This document shows, in pieces, positions 56,051 through 63,603 of a DNA stretch of 64,000 nt. The notes beneath the pieces were generated by a model. The model worked only from the letters and a program-made list of their open reading frames with translations. It was not told where the DNA came from and ran no database searches. A program made the translations under genes and the position numbers. How positions within the stretch are numbered: position 1 is the stretch's first letter; every line of letters begins with the position of its first letter. Source of the stretch: a virus. The stretch is from positions 1 through 64,000 of the IMG/VR virus record IMGVR_UViG_3300037258_000147. One strand, given 5' to 3'.

Positions 56051-56569
56051 TCAAAAAGTGCGAAGAGTTCTGATGATTTCCAGGGAATTAGAATGCTTAA
56101 TCCATTCTCCCTCTTCGAGGTGAAAACCAAAATCATCCAACAACTTCTTTTCTGCTTCTCTTCTATCAAGAACGAATTCGTAATTCTTGATGTAAAAAGC
56201 CTTGAAAGGATCATACGTCTGATACGAATCCAGTCTCGCTTCCGAATCTACAGACATGCCTATCTTGATGTGATCCGGCCAGGCTGGGTTACCGATCAAG
56301 TAGATTTGTCCTTCTTTACAATCCTTCGGTTTGGCTCCTCGATGAAACTTCAATCTTAAGAGTTCTAGGCCCGCTAATTTTCTGGCGTACCTATATTGGA
56401 ATTTTCCATTACTTTTCGGGGCAAGACTACCATAGATTCGGATGTACTCGGAAAGCATTTCTTCTGTAATATCGAAGGTTGTGTACGGAGGGACAATATC
56501 TGCATCCGAGAGAAGTCTTACAGTTTCTGCAATTCTTTCTGTTCTTCCTATTTCTTTAGGGTTGCTCAA
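56051..56569 (-). CDS. GIY-YIG superfamily (T5orf172-like) protein, paralogue of 50974-51486
   Basis: GQIYLIG...IKIGMS...RLDSYQTYDP...GEW. Confidence 0.8.
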   Translation of the reverse strand: MSNPKEIGRTERIAETVRLLSDADIVPPYTTFDITEEMLSEYIRIYGSLAPKSNGKFQYRYARKLAGLELLRLKFHRGAKPKDCKEGQIYLIGNPAWPDHIKIGMSVDSEARLDSYQTYDPFKAFYIKNYEFVLDRREAEKKLLDDFGFHLEEGEWIKHSNSLEIIRTLRTF

Positions 56570-56592
56570 CGGCTCTCCCCTTTTGAATTTTA

Positions 56593-56669
56593 TGGTAGGG
56601 ATGGTGAGGCTCTAACTCACTAGGACGTGGGTGAAGGCCACGGCACTCGAACACTTTGTATTCATCCCC
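56593..56669 (-). tRNA. tRNA-Glu(TTC)
   Basis: loop CCTTCAC, CCA end. Confidence 0.75.
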
Positions 56670-56676
56670 ATAAATT

Positions 56677-56807
56677 TGTGCGACTTACTCGGTGATCGAG
56701 TCGAACGATCCCCCGCTACTTTTGCATTCACGGGTGACAACCAGGGTTCCGTCCTCAGCATCAGATTTGCTGTCTTCCGCCTTGTAGTCCTAATGGACAG
56801 CCGCACA
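56677..56807 (-). ncRNA. unidentified RNA with T-loop hairpin
   Basis: TGTGCGGCT/AGTCGCACA closing stem; GATCG-TTCGACT-CGATC. Confidence 0.55.
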
Positions 56808-56822
56808 AACTATTTTAAAACT

Positions 56823-57503
56823 TTAAAACGCTACATCACTCCAGGTCAGTTGAATATTTTTGTACAAAGTATTCAATCCTCCAGGTACTAAAGTTTCTGT
56901 TTGCAACTGAATAGCCGCGACTGAAGACCAGTTTGAGGTTTGACTAGGTAGTTCTTGCAAATTACTCGGGACTGAAAATTCTGTGGCTCCCCAAGTAGTA
57001 GACAGCATACTGAACTTGTTGTTCGGTACGTCTATGAAATATCTGAAACTTATTGGCGTCCAAGTGTCAGGAGCCAGAGTTGGTTTAAACCCAGTGTCTA
57101 TCCAGCCCGGAGGGGATGTGTCGATCTGCCAGCTTCCGGTAGACAAATTCAACTGTGAACTAAAGTTGAAGACATTAGGAATCTGTGTACTTGCGTTGGG
57201 GGCTGATTGCGAAACTACTTTTACGTCAATCTCCAGCCGTCCCAAAACAGGAAGATCAAAAGACGAAACGTAAACTTGTAAATCCAATCCCAGATATGGT
57301 AAAAAAATTCCGGGGATACTAGGGACCGGGCGCTTATTGGTTACTAACGCCCCACCAAAAGCTGAGGTACTTACGTTGGTTACCTTCAGAGCCCCAGACG
57401 GAAGTAACGTCGGGATAAAAGCTGAAGAAGGAATAGGATTTACGCTTGCTCCGGTTTGTACTACCCACGTGCCTTTTTCCAGTCCATCATCAATTACCCG
57501 CAT
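56823..57503 (-). CDS. hypothetical beta-sandwich (lectin-like) protein
   Basis: AGGAG RBS; beta-rich. Confidence 0.6.
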   Translation of the reverse strand: MRVIDDGLEKGTWVVQTGASVNPIPSSAFIPTLLPSGALKVTNVSTSAFGGALVTNKRPVPSIPGIFLPYLGLDLQVYVSSFDLPVLGRLEIDVKVVSQSAPNASTQIPNVFNFSSQLNLSTGSWQIDTSPPGWIDTGFKPTLAPDTWTPISFRYFIDVPNNKFSMLSTTWGATEFSVPSNLQELPSQTSNWSSVAAIQLQTETLVPGGLNTLYKNIQLTWSDVAF

Positions 57504-57514
57504 TAGTCTCCTAT

Positions 57515-57589
57515 TGGTAGCCTACCAGAGAATCAAACTCTGTTCTCGATCTTGAGAAAATCGCATCCTAATCAGTAGAAGAGTAGGCC
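57515..57589 (-). tRNA. tRNA-Glu(CTC)
   Basis: loop TTCTCAA, CCA end. Confidence 0.85.
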
Positions 57590-57635
57590 GTTTTATATTC
57601 CACGCCAACGAATTACTGTCATGGTTACTCCTAAA

Positions 57636-57710
57636 TGGCGGGACCGACGAGAATCAAACTCGCATCTTTCTCCTCGACAGGGAGACATCTTATCATTAGA
57701 CTACGGTCCC
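57636..57710 (-). tRNA. tRNA-Asp(GTC)
   Basis: loop CTGTCGA, G73, CCA end. Confidence 0.85.
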
Positions 57711-57713
57711 AAT

Positions 57714-57791
57714 TGGTTGCGGCTCTCGGGAGTTGAACCCGGTATCCCAAGGGTATGAGTCTTGGATGGTCATCCGTTCCACTCAGCCGCA
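57714..57791 (-). tRNA. tRNA-Met(CAT), initiator-like acceptor end
   Basis: loop CTCATAC; ends CCGCAACCA. Confidence 0.75.
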
Positions 57792-58406
57792 TCAAAATTT
57801 AAAAATTCCTGCATCATATTCCCAATGATGATTTGGACACAAGGGTAGGAGGTTATCAATATCATTGATCTCTCTTATCAAAGTGTCAGTAGAAAAAGAG
57901 GAAACTGATCTAATATGAGCAACGTCAACGTGATTCGAATACCCGCAAACACAGCATTTCTTCTCTTTACCCCCGTCTAGGTATGTCTGTCTGGCATGTC
58001 GTTGAATCGAACTTCTAGCAGATTGATACCCGCCTCTTCGACCAAACAACTCGCCTTTCGTCCACCCCGAAAGTTTCCCAGTTCTAGTTTTCTTTAAGCC
58101 TCGAACTTTCTTGCACTCTTCAGAACAAGTAAACTTTCTTTTAGGAACAGGAGCCCCACAGACCCGACATCTACGAGAAATATTCTTGTTTCGTTTCCTT
58201 TTCTTAGGAAATTTTGCATTGTTAAAACTCGCAGAACAAGTTCTGTTACAGAACTTCTTTTGTCGAATTTCAGATACTTTCCTTTTTGGATCAATAGTAA
58301 TCATTGACAAACAATGCTTACAAAAATTAGGGTTTGCTAAGTACCTTTCCTCCGCTCTCTGCCTTTGCAGTAAAGCGGAGACTATCGAACCACTTGATTT
58401 TGCCAT
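57792..58406 (-). CDS. HNH homing endonuclease
   Basis: KFCNRTC, FTCSEEC, CCVCGY...VAHI...NLLPLCPNHH; own TGTGGTATGAT promoter near 58440-58450. Confidence 0.85.
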   Translation of the reverse strand: MAKSSGSIVSALLQRQRAEERYLANPNFCKHCLSMITIDPKRKVSEIRQKKFCNRTCSASFNNAKFPKKRKRNKNISRRCRVCGAPVPKRKFTCSEECKKVRGLKKTRTGKLSGWTKGELFGRRGGYQSARSSIQRHARQTYLDGGKEKKCCVCGYSNHVDVAHIRSVSSFSTDTLIREINDIDNLLPLCPNHHWEYDAGIFKF

Positions 58407-58485
58407 ACCTAAACGTAAGTTTCCTTTCTCGTATGTTTTATCATACCACAGAAGTCCAGATAATGGAAATCTTTTCTGTGAAAAA

Positions 58486-58572
58486 TGGTGGGTTGTGTAG
58501 GGCTTTAACCTACCATGCTCGAAGGAGCGCCACTTTTACAGAGTGGGAGCCGTACGCCCGGCAATACAACCC
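58486..58572 (-). tRNA. tRNA-Tyr(GTA)
   Basis: loop CTGTAAA, variable arm, CCA. Confidence 0.8.
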
Positions 58573-58577
58573 AAAAA

Positions 58578-58662
58578 TGGAGGAGAGCAGCCGAATCGAA
58601 CGGCCATCCCGAAGGAGCCCCGGTTTTCAAGACCGGATGTATCACCATCAACAGTGCTCTCC
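58578..58662 (-). tRNA. tRNA-Ser(TGA)
   Basis: loop CTTGAAA, variable arm, U73, CCA. Confidence 0.8.
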
Positions 58663-58745
58663 GAATATAACATGACAAGTTATAAAAAGTCAAGGTCCTA
58701 TATATGGGTCGTTAATCCACTATACGACCTATATATGAACCAAAA

Positions 58746-58833
58746 TGGCGGAAGATGAAGTAATCGAAACCTTGTCCATTTAATGGACAGCATCGGGTTC
58801 GAGCCGATTTGACCGCCTTGGTCGCCATCTTCC
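58746..58833 (-). tRNA. tRNA-Ser(CGA)
   Basis: loop CTCGAAC; variable arm is TGTCCATTAAATGGACA. Confidence 0.85.
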
Positions 58834-58869
58834 GTTAACTTGGCCATGTTAATTATCATGGCCGTGATA

Positions 58870-58957
58870 TGGCGGATGGGACAGGACTCGAACCTGCACA
58901 TGCTTTCACATGAGCCGACTTTCCAAGCCGGTGCGATACCGTTCCGCTCACCCATCC
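58870..58957 (-). tRNA. tRNA-Ser(GGA)
   Basis: loop TTGGAAA, variable arm, CCA. Confidence 0.9.
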
Positions 58958-58979
58958 AATTTTTACTGTACAGCAAATA

Positions 58980-59072
58980 TGGCGGAGAGTGAGGGCTTCG
59001 ATCCCCCGTGTCCAAATAATGGACAGCCTCTGTTTAGCAAACAGGCACAATACCGGGCTCTGTCAACTCTCC
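58980..59072 (-). tRNA. tRNA-Ser(GCT)
   Basis: loop TTGCTAA; variable arm is TGTCCATTATTTGGACA. Confidence 0.9.
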
Positions 59073-59078
59073 AAAAAT

Positions 59079-59258
59079 TTAAACTTTCATTCTCCGGTAG
59101 TCTGTCCAAGCTTCTTTTCTTGTACTTCCTATTCCCAGAACTTGTTCCCAACGATCACGGCCTCCTATGGAATAGGGTTTGGGAGGCAAAAAACCACCAA
59201 AGCATACTACGAATCCACTGTTGTCTTCTAAACTACGGCAATAAACTTTGTCAGACAT
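59079..59258 (-). CDS. small hypothetical protein (59 aa)
   Basis: GGAG RBS; MSDKVYC...LGIGSTRKEAW. Confidence 0.45.
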   Translation of the reverse strand: MSDKVYCRSLEDNSGFVVCFGGFLPPKPYSIGGRDRWEQVLGIGSTRKEAWTDYRRMKV

Positions 59259-59271
59259 TGTTTCTCCAGCT

Positions 59272-59428
59272 TGGTGCGGCTTCGAGCCGTCAGCGCCAAC
59301 GGTTGACTCTCCGTAAAACTTTCTTAGTCTAGACTTTGAGTCTAGCAATCTGGACCTTTCGCCGCCGGTCGCCCAGTGGGGGTTTAGCGCCCAGATAACG
59401 CCCCTATCTCGTAACCGTGATTGGCCGC
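59272..59428 (-). ncRNA. CCA-ending structured RNA containing a CAA anticodon-like hairpin
   Basis: GCGGC/GCCGC-ACCA ends, ACGGTT/AACCGT stem, CTAGA-CTCAAAG-TCTAG. Confidence 0.5.
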
Positions 59429-59490
59429 TCCACAATCCTTCGGACTCGGTTATTTGATAATCTATGTGTCAAACACAGTGCTAAGAAACT

Positions 59491-59566
59491 TGGTCCCCGC
59501 GCCCAGATTCGAACTGGGAAAATTACTGGGTTTGAGCCAGTCGCTCTGCCGTTTCGCTACGCGGGG
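59491..59566 (-). tRNA. tRNA-Leu(CAA), short variable loop
   Basis: loop CTCAAAC, CCA end. Confidence 0.85.
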
Positions 59567-59572
59567 GTGATA

Positions 59573-59658
59573 TGGTGGGCACGGCGAGACTCGAACTCGC
59601 AATCGGTTTTACCCTTCCGGTTTCTAAGACCGGCGCTTTGCCATTTTGCTACGCGCCC
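59573..59658 (-). tRNA. tRNA-Leu(TAG)
   Basis: loop CTTAGAA, variable arm, CCA. Confidence 0.9.
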
Positions 59659-59666
59659 GTAAAATA

Positions 59667-59742
59667 TGGAGGTCCAGATCGGACTCGAACCGACGATTAA
59701 GAGTTTTGCAGACTCTCGCATTTGCCGCTTTGCTACTGGACC
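59667..59742 (-). tRNA. tRNA-Cys(GCA)
   Basis: loop CTGCAAA, U73, CCA. Confidence 0.9.
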
Positions 59743-59743
59743 A

Positions 59744-59818
59744 TGGTGCGATAGGAGGGACTCGAACCCTCAGACGCTGGGTTTTAAATCCAGATGATTT
59801 GCCATTCTCTACTATCGC
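59744..59818 (-). tRNA. tRNA-Leu(TAA), short variable loop
   Basis: loop TTTAAAA, CCA end. Confidence 0.8.
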
Positions 59819-59844
59819 GTGTCCATTATTTGGACTAAATTTAA

Positions 59845-60086
59845 CGTCAAACGTCGGAAAAGAAAACCGACAGGACAATATTCGAAGTCCGATAAGCGAA
59901 GTCCAAAGTGCAGAAATGCTCCATACTTCCCGCGTCAATATGCAGTCGATTCTAAGAATCTAATATTAGCGGGCGTCACAAAGCGTCAATGCTGGCGGAG
60001 TGTTAACTCCAAGCGATCCTATTTTTTAGGTAGGGTCAGCCGGTTGTCCTTCTCTTCGGTTTGACGGGGATGGCCGAGGCCGTCCC
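59845..60086 (-). ncRNA. structured RNA immediately 3' of the coiled-coil gene
   Basis: CGTCAAAC/GTTTGACG, AGGACAA/TTGTCCT and CCCGC/GCGGG stems; repeated TGACGC and GGACTTCG words. Confidence 0.55.
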
Positions 60087-60090
60087 AAGC

Positions 60091-60660
60091 TTAGATGAGA
60101 TCGTATTTCTTGAGGACAGTTTCTTCCTCTTCAGATAGTTCGATCTCATGTCTGATGTTCAAATCAAGTAGCTTGTCGCTTAGACTTTGCTTGCGCTTGC
60201 GGAGATCAGACACTTCCTTAAGATACGTCGGAATCCATCCTTGCGGAATAGCCCCCGTTGTGAAAGAGTTGGACCGAGGGGAATAGGAATTAACCGGTTG
60301 TTCCTTCTTCAGATCGGCGTGTGCTTCGAATAGCACGTTCTCGTCCGGAGCGAAAGACGAGACGGAAGCAAGAGGCTTCAAAACTGCGGCCAGTTTGTCA
60401 ATATGGGCGACTTCGGAAAGAATCGCCGATACCCCCGCTTCGTGGCTCTCGTTCGAAACCTTCTGCCGGATCGAGTACAATACCGCTAGCAAATATCGGG
60501 TCTTATCCAAAGCCGCTTGGAAAATACTCGCCGCGTGGATAATTGCCAGCTTGGGATCATCGTACTTCCCAATCGATACTTGGGTCGAAATCGAAGTTGA
60601 CCCGATGCTCTCGTTGATCAACAATTGAAGTGCATTTGCTTTTCTCAGCGTTAGTTTCAT
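60091..60660 (-). CDS. coiled-coil protein (DIP1984/DUF6847-like)
   Basis: MKLTLRKANALQ...LRKRKQSLSDKLLDLNIRHEIEL pattern; GGAG RBS. Confidence 0.6.
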   Translation of the reverse strand: MKLTLRKANALQLLINESIGSTSISTQVSIGKYDDPKLAIIHAASIFQAALDKTRYLLAVLYSIRQKVSNESHEAGVSAILSEVAHIDKLAAVLKPLASVSSFAPDENVLFEAHADLKKEQPVNSYSPRSNSFTTGAIPQGWIPTYLKEVSDLRKRKQSLSDKLLDLNIRHEIELSEEEETVLKKYDLI

Positions 60661-60697
60661 GACATTCTCCAGCTTTCGCTCGGGGTTTTAAAATTTA

Positions 60698-60807
60698 GTG
60701 GTTGGTCAGGCGACTCCGTCTGATGTCGTTTCGGGGAATCCACTCGACTGGCTCGAACAGGTAACTGACCTCGTCCCTTGAGTTTCATACATCCGCGCTG
60801 CAACCAC
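60698..60807 (-). ncRNA. unidentified RNA with T-loop, first product of a promoter
   Basis: GTGGTTG/CAACCAC closing stem; CTG-TTCGAGC-CAG; TGTGGTATAAT at 60815-60825. Confidence 0.5.
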
Positions 60808-60844
60808 TAAAGACATTATACCACAGATTTTTGTTTTGTGCGGA

Positions 60845-61387
60845 TCAGCAGAAAAGATATTTTTTCCACCGTTGGTCCTCATCAAGTCCCACAAGTCTTA
60901 ATAACATACGCGACGTGTGGATCGTTAGCCTACCTGGGATATGCAGCAACGGCATGTCTGCTTCTTCGGGGGTTCGATCCCCTTTCTTCAAATTACAAAA
61001 TTTGCAGGCAGACGCTAGGTTATCCCAAAAAAATCCGCCGCCGCGAGACTCCGGAAGAATGTGATCTAGCGTCAAAACCACTTTGGTGGGTTTACCATTT
61101 ATGATTTTGATGGACCCCTCCTTTGCCCCGCAATACAAACACAAGTAGTGATCTCGTGCATATATGTTTGGCCGAGTCAAGAGCGAAATCCGAATAGGAA
61201 TTTTTTTATAATTCCGGAGCCTGATAACGCAGGGCAAGGGGATTCCGGGGTAGACTTCAACTCCGTAGTCTTCTTCTGCTACTGCCGCTCCTTTAACCAA
61301 TAGCTTTAAAGCGTTCTTGGCCCGAGTGATTGAAACGGGCTCAAAACTCGCGTTCAAAACTAAAACAGCTTTATTAACCAGTGACAA
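60845..61387 (-). CDS. HNH endonuclease (McrA-like family)
   Basis: VLVLNASFEP...IYARDHYLCLYCG...TLDHILPESRGG...WDNLASACKFCN. Confidence 0.9.
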   Translation of the reverse strand: MSLVNKAVLVLNASFEPVSITRAKNALKLLVKGAAVAEEDYGVEVYPGIPLPCVIRLRNYKKIPIRISLLTRPNIYARDHYLCLYCGAKEGSIKIINGKPTKVVLTLDHILPESRGGGFFWDNLASACKFCNLKKGDRTPEEADMPLLHIPGRLTIHTSRMLLRLVGLDEDQRWKKYLFC

Positions 61388-61412
61388 TTGGTTTCCTTCT
61401 TAAACTGAAACC

Positions 61413-61440
61413 ATTATACCACAGAATTCCGAAATGTCAA
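61413..61440 (-). promoter_or_regulatory. sigma70-type promoter
   Basis: TTGACA-N16-TATAAT with TGTGG extension. Confidence 0.7.
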
Positions 61441-61656
61441 AATCATTCCATCATGGAACTAAAGAACCCAGTCTTTGTCCATTTTATGGACTAAACTTTG
61501 TGAATGAGAAGCCCGTTCTCTACTCGTTCTGCTACTAACTTATACGAGCGAAAGGTACAGTAGACTTTATCTAATCCAGTGTGTTCAAGGAGTCCAACCA
61601 TACTCTGAAAGTTTCAAGTTTAATAGGACGTGGTTTTCTTTCAAGTTTTTTAGCCA

Positions 61657-61884
61657 TTACGCCTCCAAAAAATATCCGCGCCTCAGCAACTCCCCGTACG
61701 CAAGTTGTCTAATGGCTTTGTCTGCTAGGTTAACATCATCTTGGTCGTTGCTTATCAACAATTTAAGGAGAATAACGTCGGAAGGTTCTTTGCACCGGAG
61801 AGCGGCTCGAACTTCGTCAGTCTTTCGAATTACCTTTTTGTGTCCAGCGACAAAGATTTTTCTTCTGTCGAATTTCATTACCAA
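61657..61884 (-). CDS. hypothetical protein
   Basis: ORF track; operon continuity. Confidence 0.5.
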   Translation of the reverse strand: MVMKFDRRKIFVAGHKKVIRKTDEVRAALRCKEPSDVILLKLLISNDQDDVNLADKAIRQLAYGELLRRGYFLEA

Positions 61885-62228
61885 ATAGTCCTAAAAGCTC
61901 CGACTATAGCCAGACGCTTCATTTCTTTTTGCCACAAAAATCCGTGACCCGCGAAAACTCGGGTTGATTTTCCTTGCACTCTTAAATGTAGATGACACAT
62001 CTCATGAAGCAGGGACTGGAGGGCACGACATTCGGCTCCCAATTTCTTCATCATAGGGTTTAAACAAATCTCTGTATCTTCCAGAGTATGAGTCCAAACT
62101 AAGAGTTGCGCGGCTCTTTTATGAGTAGTTTTGGAACTCCAGATTACAGCGGCATCTACAGGTAATTTATTCCCAAAGTACCTTTTGTTGAAAATATCGT
62201 ACTGCAACTTCAACCAACGATTAGTCAT
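61878..62228 (-). CDS. SprT-like metalloprotease
   Basis: FNKRYFGNKLP...LLHEMCH...HG..WQKEMKRL. Confidence 0.85.
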   Translation of the reverse strand: MTNRWLKLQYDIFNKRYFGNKLPVDAAVIWSSKTTHKRAAQLLVWTHTLEDTEICLNPMMKKLGAECRALQSLLHEMCHLHLRVQGKSTRVFAGHGFLWQKEMKRLAIVGAFRTIW

Positions 62229-62539
62229 TGGGTAAGATACTCAACTAAACTTGGATTCTCTTGCAAGACCTGAAGCAGGACCGGGGCCGTTGCAGTCACA
62301 AAATTTTCTTCATCAAACACATTACCAGGGACTTCTGAAATATCTCCGCAGGCGTGTAACAATTCGTGAACTAATATTTCCTGCGCTTTAGACCGTTTGA
62401 GTCTTTGAATTATCCATATTTCCAGGGAATTAGAATCTACGTGCCCGTTGTCATTTGGCATCGTACCTGCGGGCTTCCTTAAAATCGAGTAGGTGTGTGG
62501 ACCTACTTTAACTGAAGCGGGCATGGGTTTGGGCTTCAT
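62225..62539 (-). CDS. HExxH zincin-like protein
   Basis: MPASVKVGPHTY...ILVHELLHA...EE. Confidence 0.7.
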   Translation of the reverse strand: MKPKPMPASVKVGPHTYSILRKPAGTMPNDNGHVDSNSLEIWIIQRLKRSKAQEILVHELLHACGDISEVPGNVFDEENFVTATAPVLLQVLQENPSLVEYLTQ

Positions 62540-62618
62540 TGTCCGTCCAGAAAATGGAATTCTTTTTAAAGGCCAGAGAATTACTCGGCCCCGCACAGAT
62601 TTGTTTATTTTGTCAAAC

Positions 62619-63185
62619 TCAAACCACGAACACGTCTTTATGCGCGTTATAAGTCTGGATTACGGACAAGCTTCTTTTGGGATCAGTAGACCATCTGCTA
62701 GTATTAAACTGCCAGGAACCTGAGGGGAACGTCACTACCGGGTGGGATATAGTATCATTTAGGGTCCCCTGCTTAACCCAAGACGCCGAAACCAAACGGA
62801 CAAAATCTTCGCCGGTAGTAGCTTCAAGAGCTTCTGAATAATAATTAGGCAGAGATTTTAAAACTCTGATCCGGGCAGAAAAGCAGTCCGCGTAAGATTC
62901 GAAGACCGGCCACTTCGCCGAGACCATTACTGAGACGCCGTGTAAAACCTCTCTGGTCTGGATTTCGTCTACTTGCCCAGTCCACCAGCCTGGTTGCTTT
63001 AAACCGAACACGTCTTTGTCCCTATAGGCCAACCCAGACTGTCCATTAACGGAGGAGTATGACGCAGATTCCAGAAAGGCTTCTGCCGCAGCGTATCCAG
63101 GAAACGGGTGGTCAGAAGTCTTGGCTTCTGAAACCATCAGGCGCGCGAATTCTAGTTCTGGTTCAGTCATACAAAATCCGAACAA
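62619..63185 (-). CDS. glucosaminidase (GH73/FlgJ-like) endolysin
   Basis: AAAEAFLES...VFGLK...TRE...AKWPVFES...WSTDP. Confidence 0.75.
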   Translation of the reverse strand: MFGFCMTEPELEFARLMVSEAKTSDHPFPGYAAAEAFLESASYSSVNGQSGLAYRDKDVFGLKQPGWWTGQVDEIQTREVLHGVSVMVSAKWPVFESYADCFSARIRVLKSLPNYYSEALEATTGEDFVRLVSASWVKQGTLNDTISHPVVTFPSGSWQFNTSRWSTDPKRSLSVIQTYNAHKDVFVV

Positions 63186-63261
63186 CTCATGTAGTAATTA
63201 CAAACCGGACAGACTAGCTTGCATTTGAATTCGGTTAACGTACTGGAACAGTTGGGGCAAA

Positions 63262-63603
63262 TCAGGCAACATGCTCTAATTCTATTTTTTCTATTTTTAG
63301 ATTCTCGGGGGCCATCATCCGGTCTACCAGTTCGTCTATGTTCTTCCACCTCCCCAAACGCTTCAGGGACTCTAATCTGTGCCATGCTTTGAAAGTAGGA
63401 GACTCTACACATTTAAGAAAAGCCGCTTCCTTGTTCTTGCGTTGATCTCGACCGTCTCTGTGCTCGGCCCGGGCTCCGGATTCGGGATGGATACATCGGA
63501 CTCCGTTCTGCTTGGCGTTTCGGTGCTGACCGCCGTTACCTCCAGTGCAGAAGGTCTGAAACTCGAAGTTTTTTGCGGTCAAAGAAAATAATAGAGTTTT
63601 CAT
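63262..63603 (-). CDS. class I release-factor-like (GGQ) peptidyl-tRNA hydrolase domain
   Basis: GGNGGQHRN...GVRCIHPESG...RDQRKNKEAAF. Confidence 0.88.
   Translation of the reverse strand: MKTLLFSLTAKNFEFQTFCTGGNGGQHRNAKQNGVRCIHPESGARAEHRDGRDQRKNKEAAFLKCVESPTFKAWHRLESLKRLGRWKNIDELVDRMMAPENLKIEKIELEHVA

Larger units (their letters stand above)
59..62559. repeat. dispersed 15-bp palindrome GTCCR-N5-YGGAC (about 36 copies)
   Basis: 28 exact and 8 near matches located by eye; coordinates listed in findings. Confidence 0.9.

Noticed and set aside
50238-60064. Many 60-140 aa ORFs overlapping tRNA genes
   Set aside because: They coincide with clear cloverleafs or RNA stems and have no protein-like features.
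59-62559. CRISPR array or MITE/REP explanation for the GTCCA...TGGAC repeats
   Set aside because: Copies are only 15 bp, kilobases apart, have variable cores and flanks, lie in-frame inside genes, and show no target duplications or cas genes.
50396-63603. Stop-codon reassignment suggested by the release-factor-like gene and tRNA array
   Set aside because: No CTA/TTA/TCA suppressor anticodon was found (TAG, TAA and TGA anticodons here are Leu, Leu and Ser), and long genes are intact in code 11 using all three stops.
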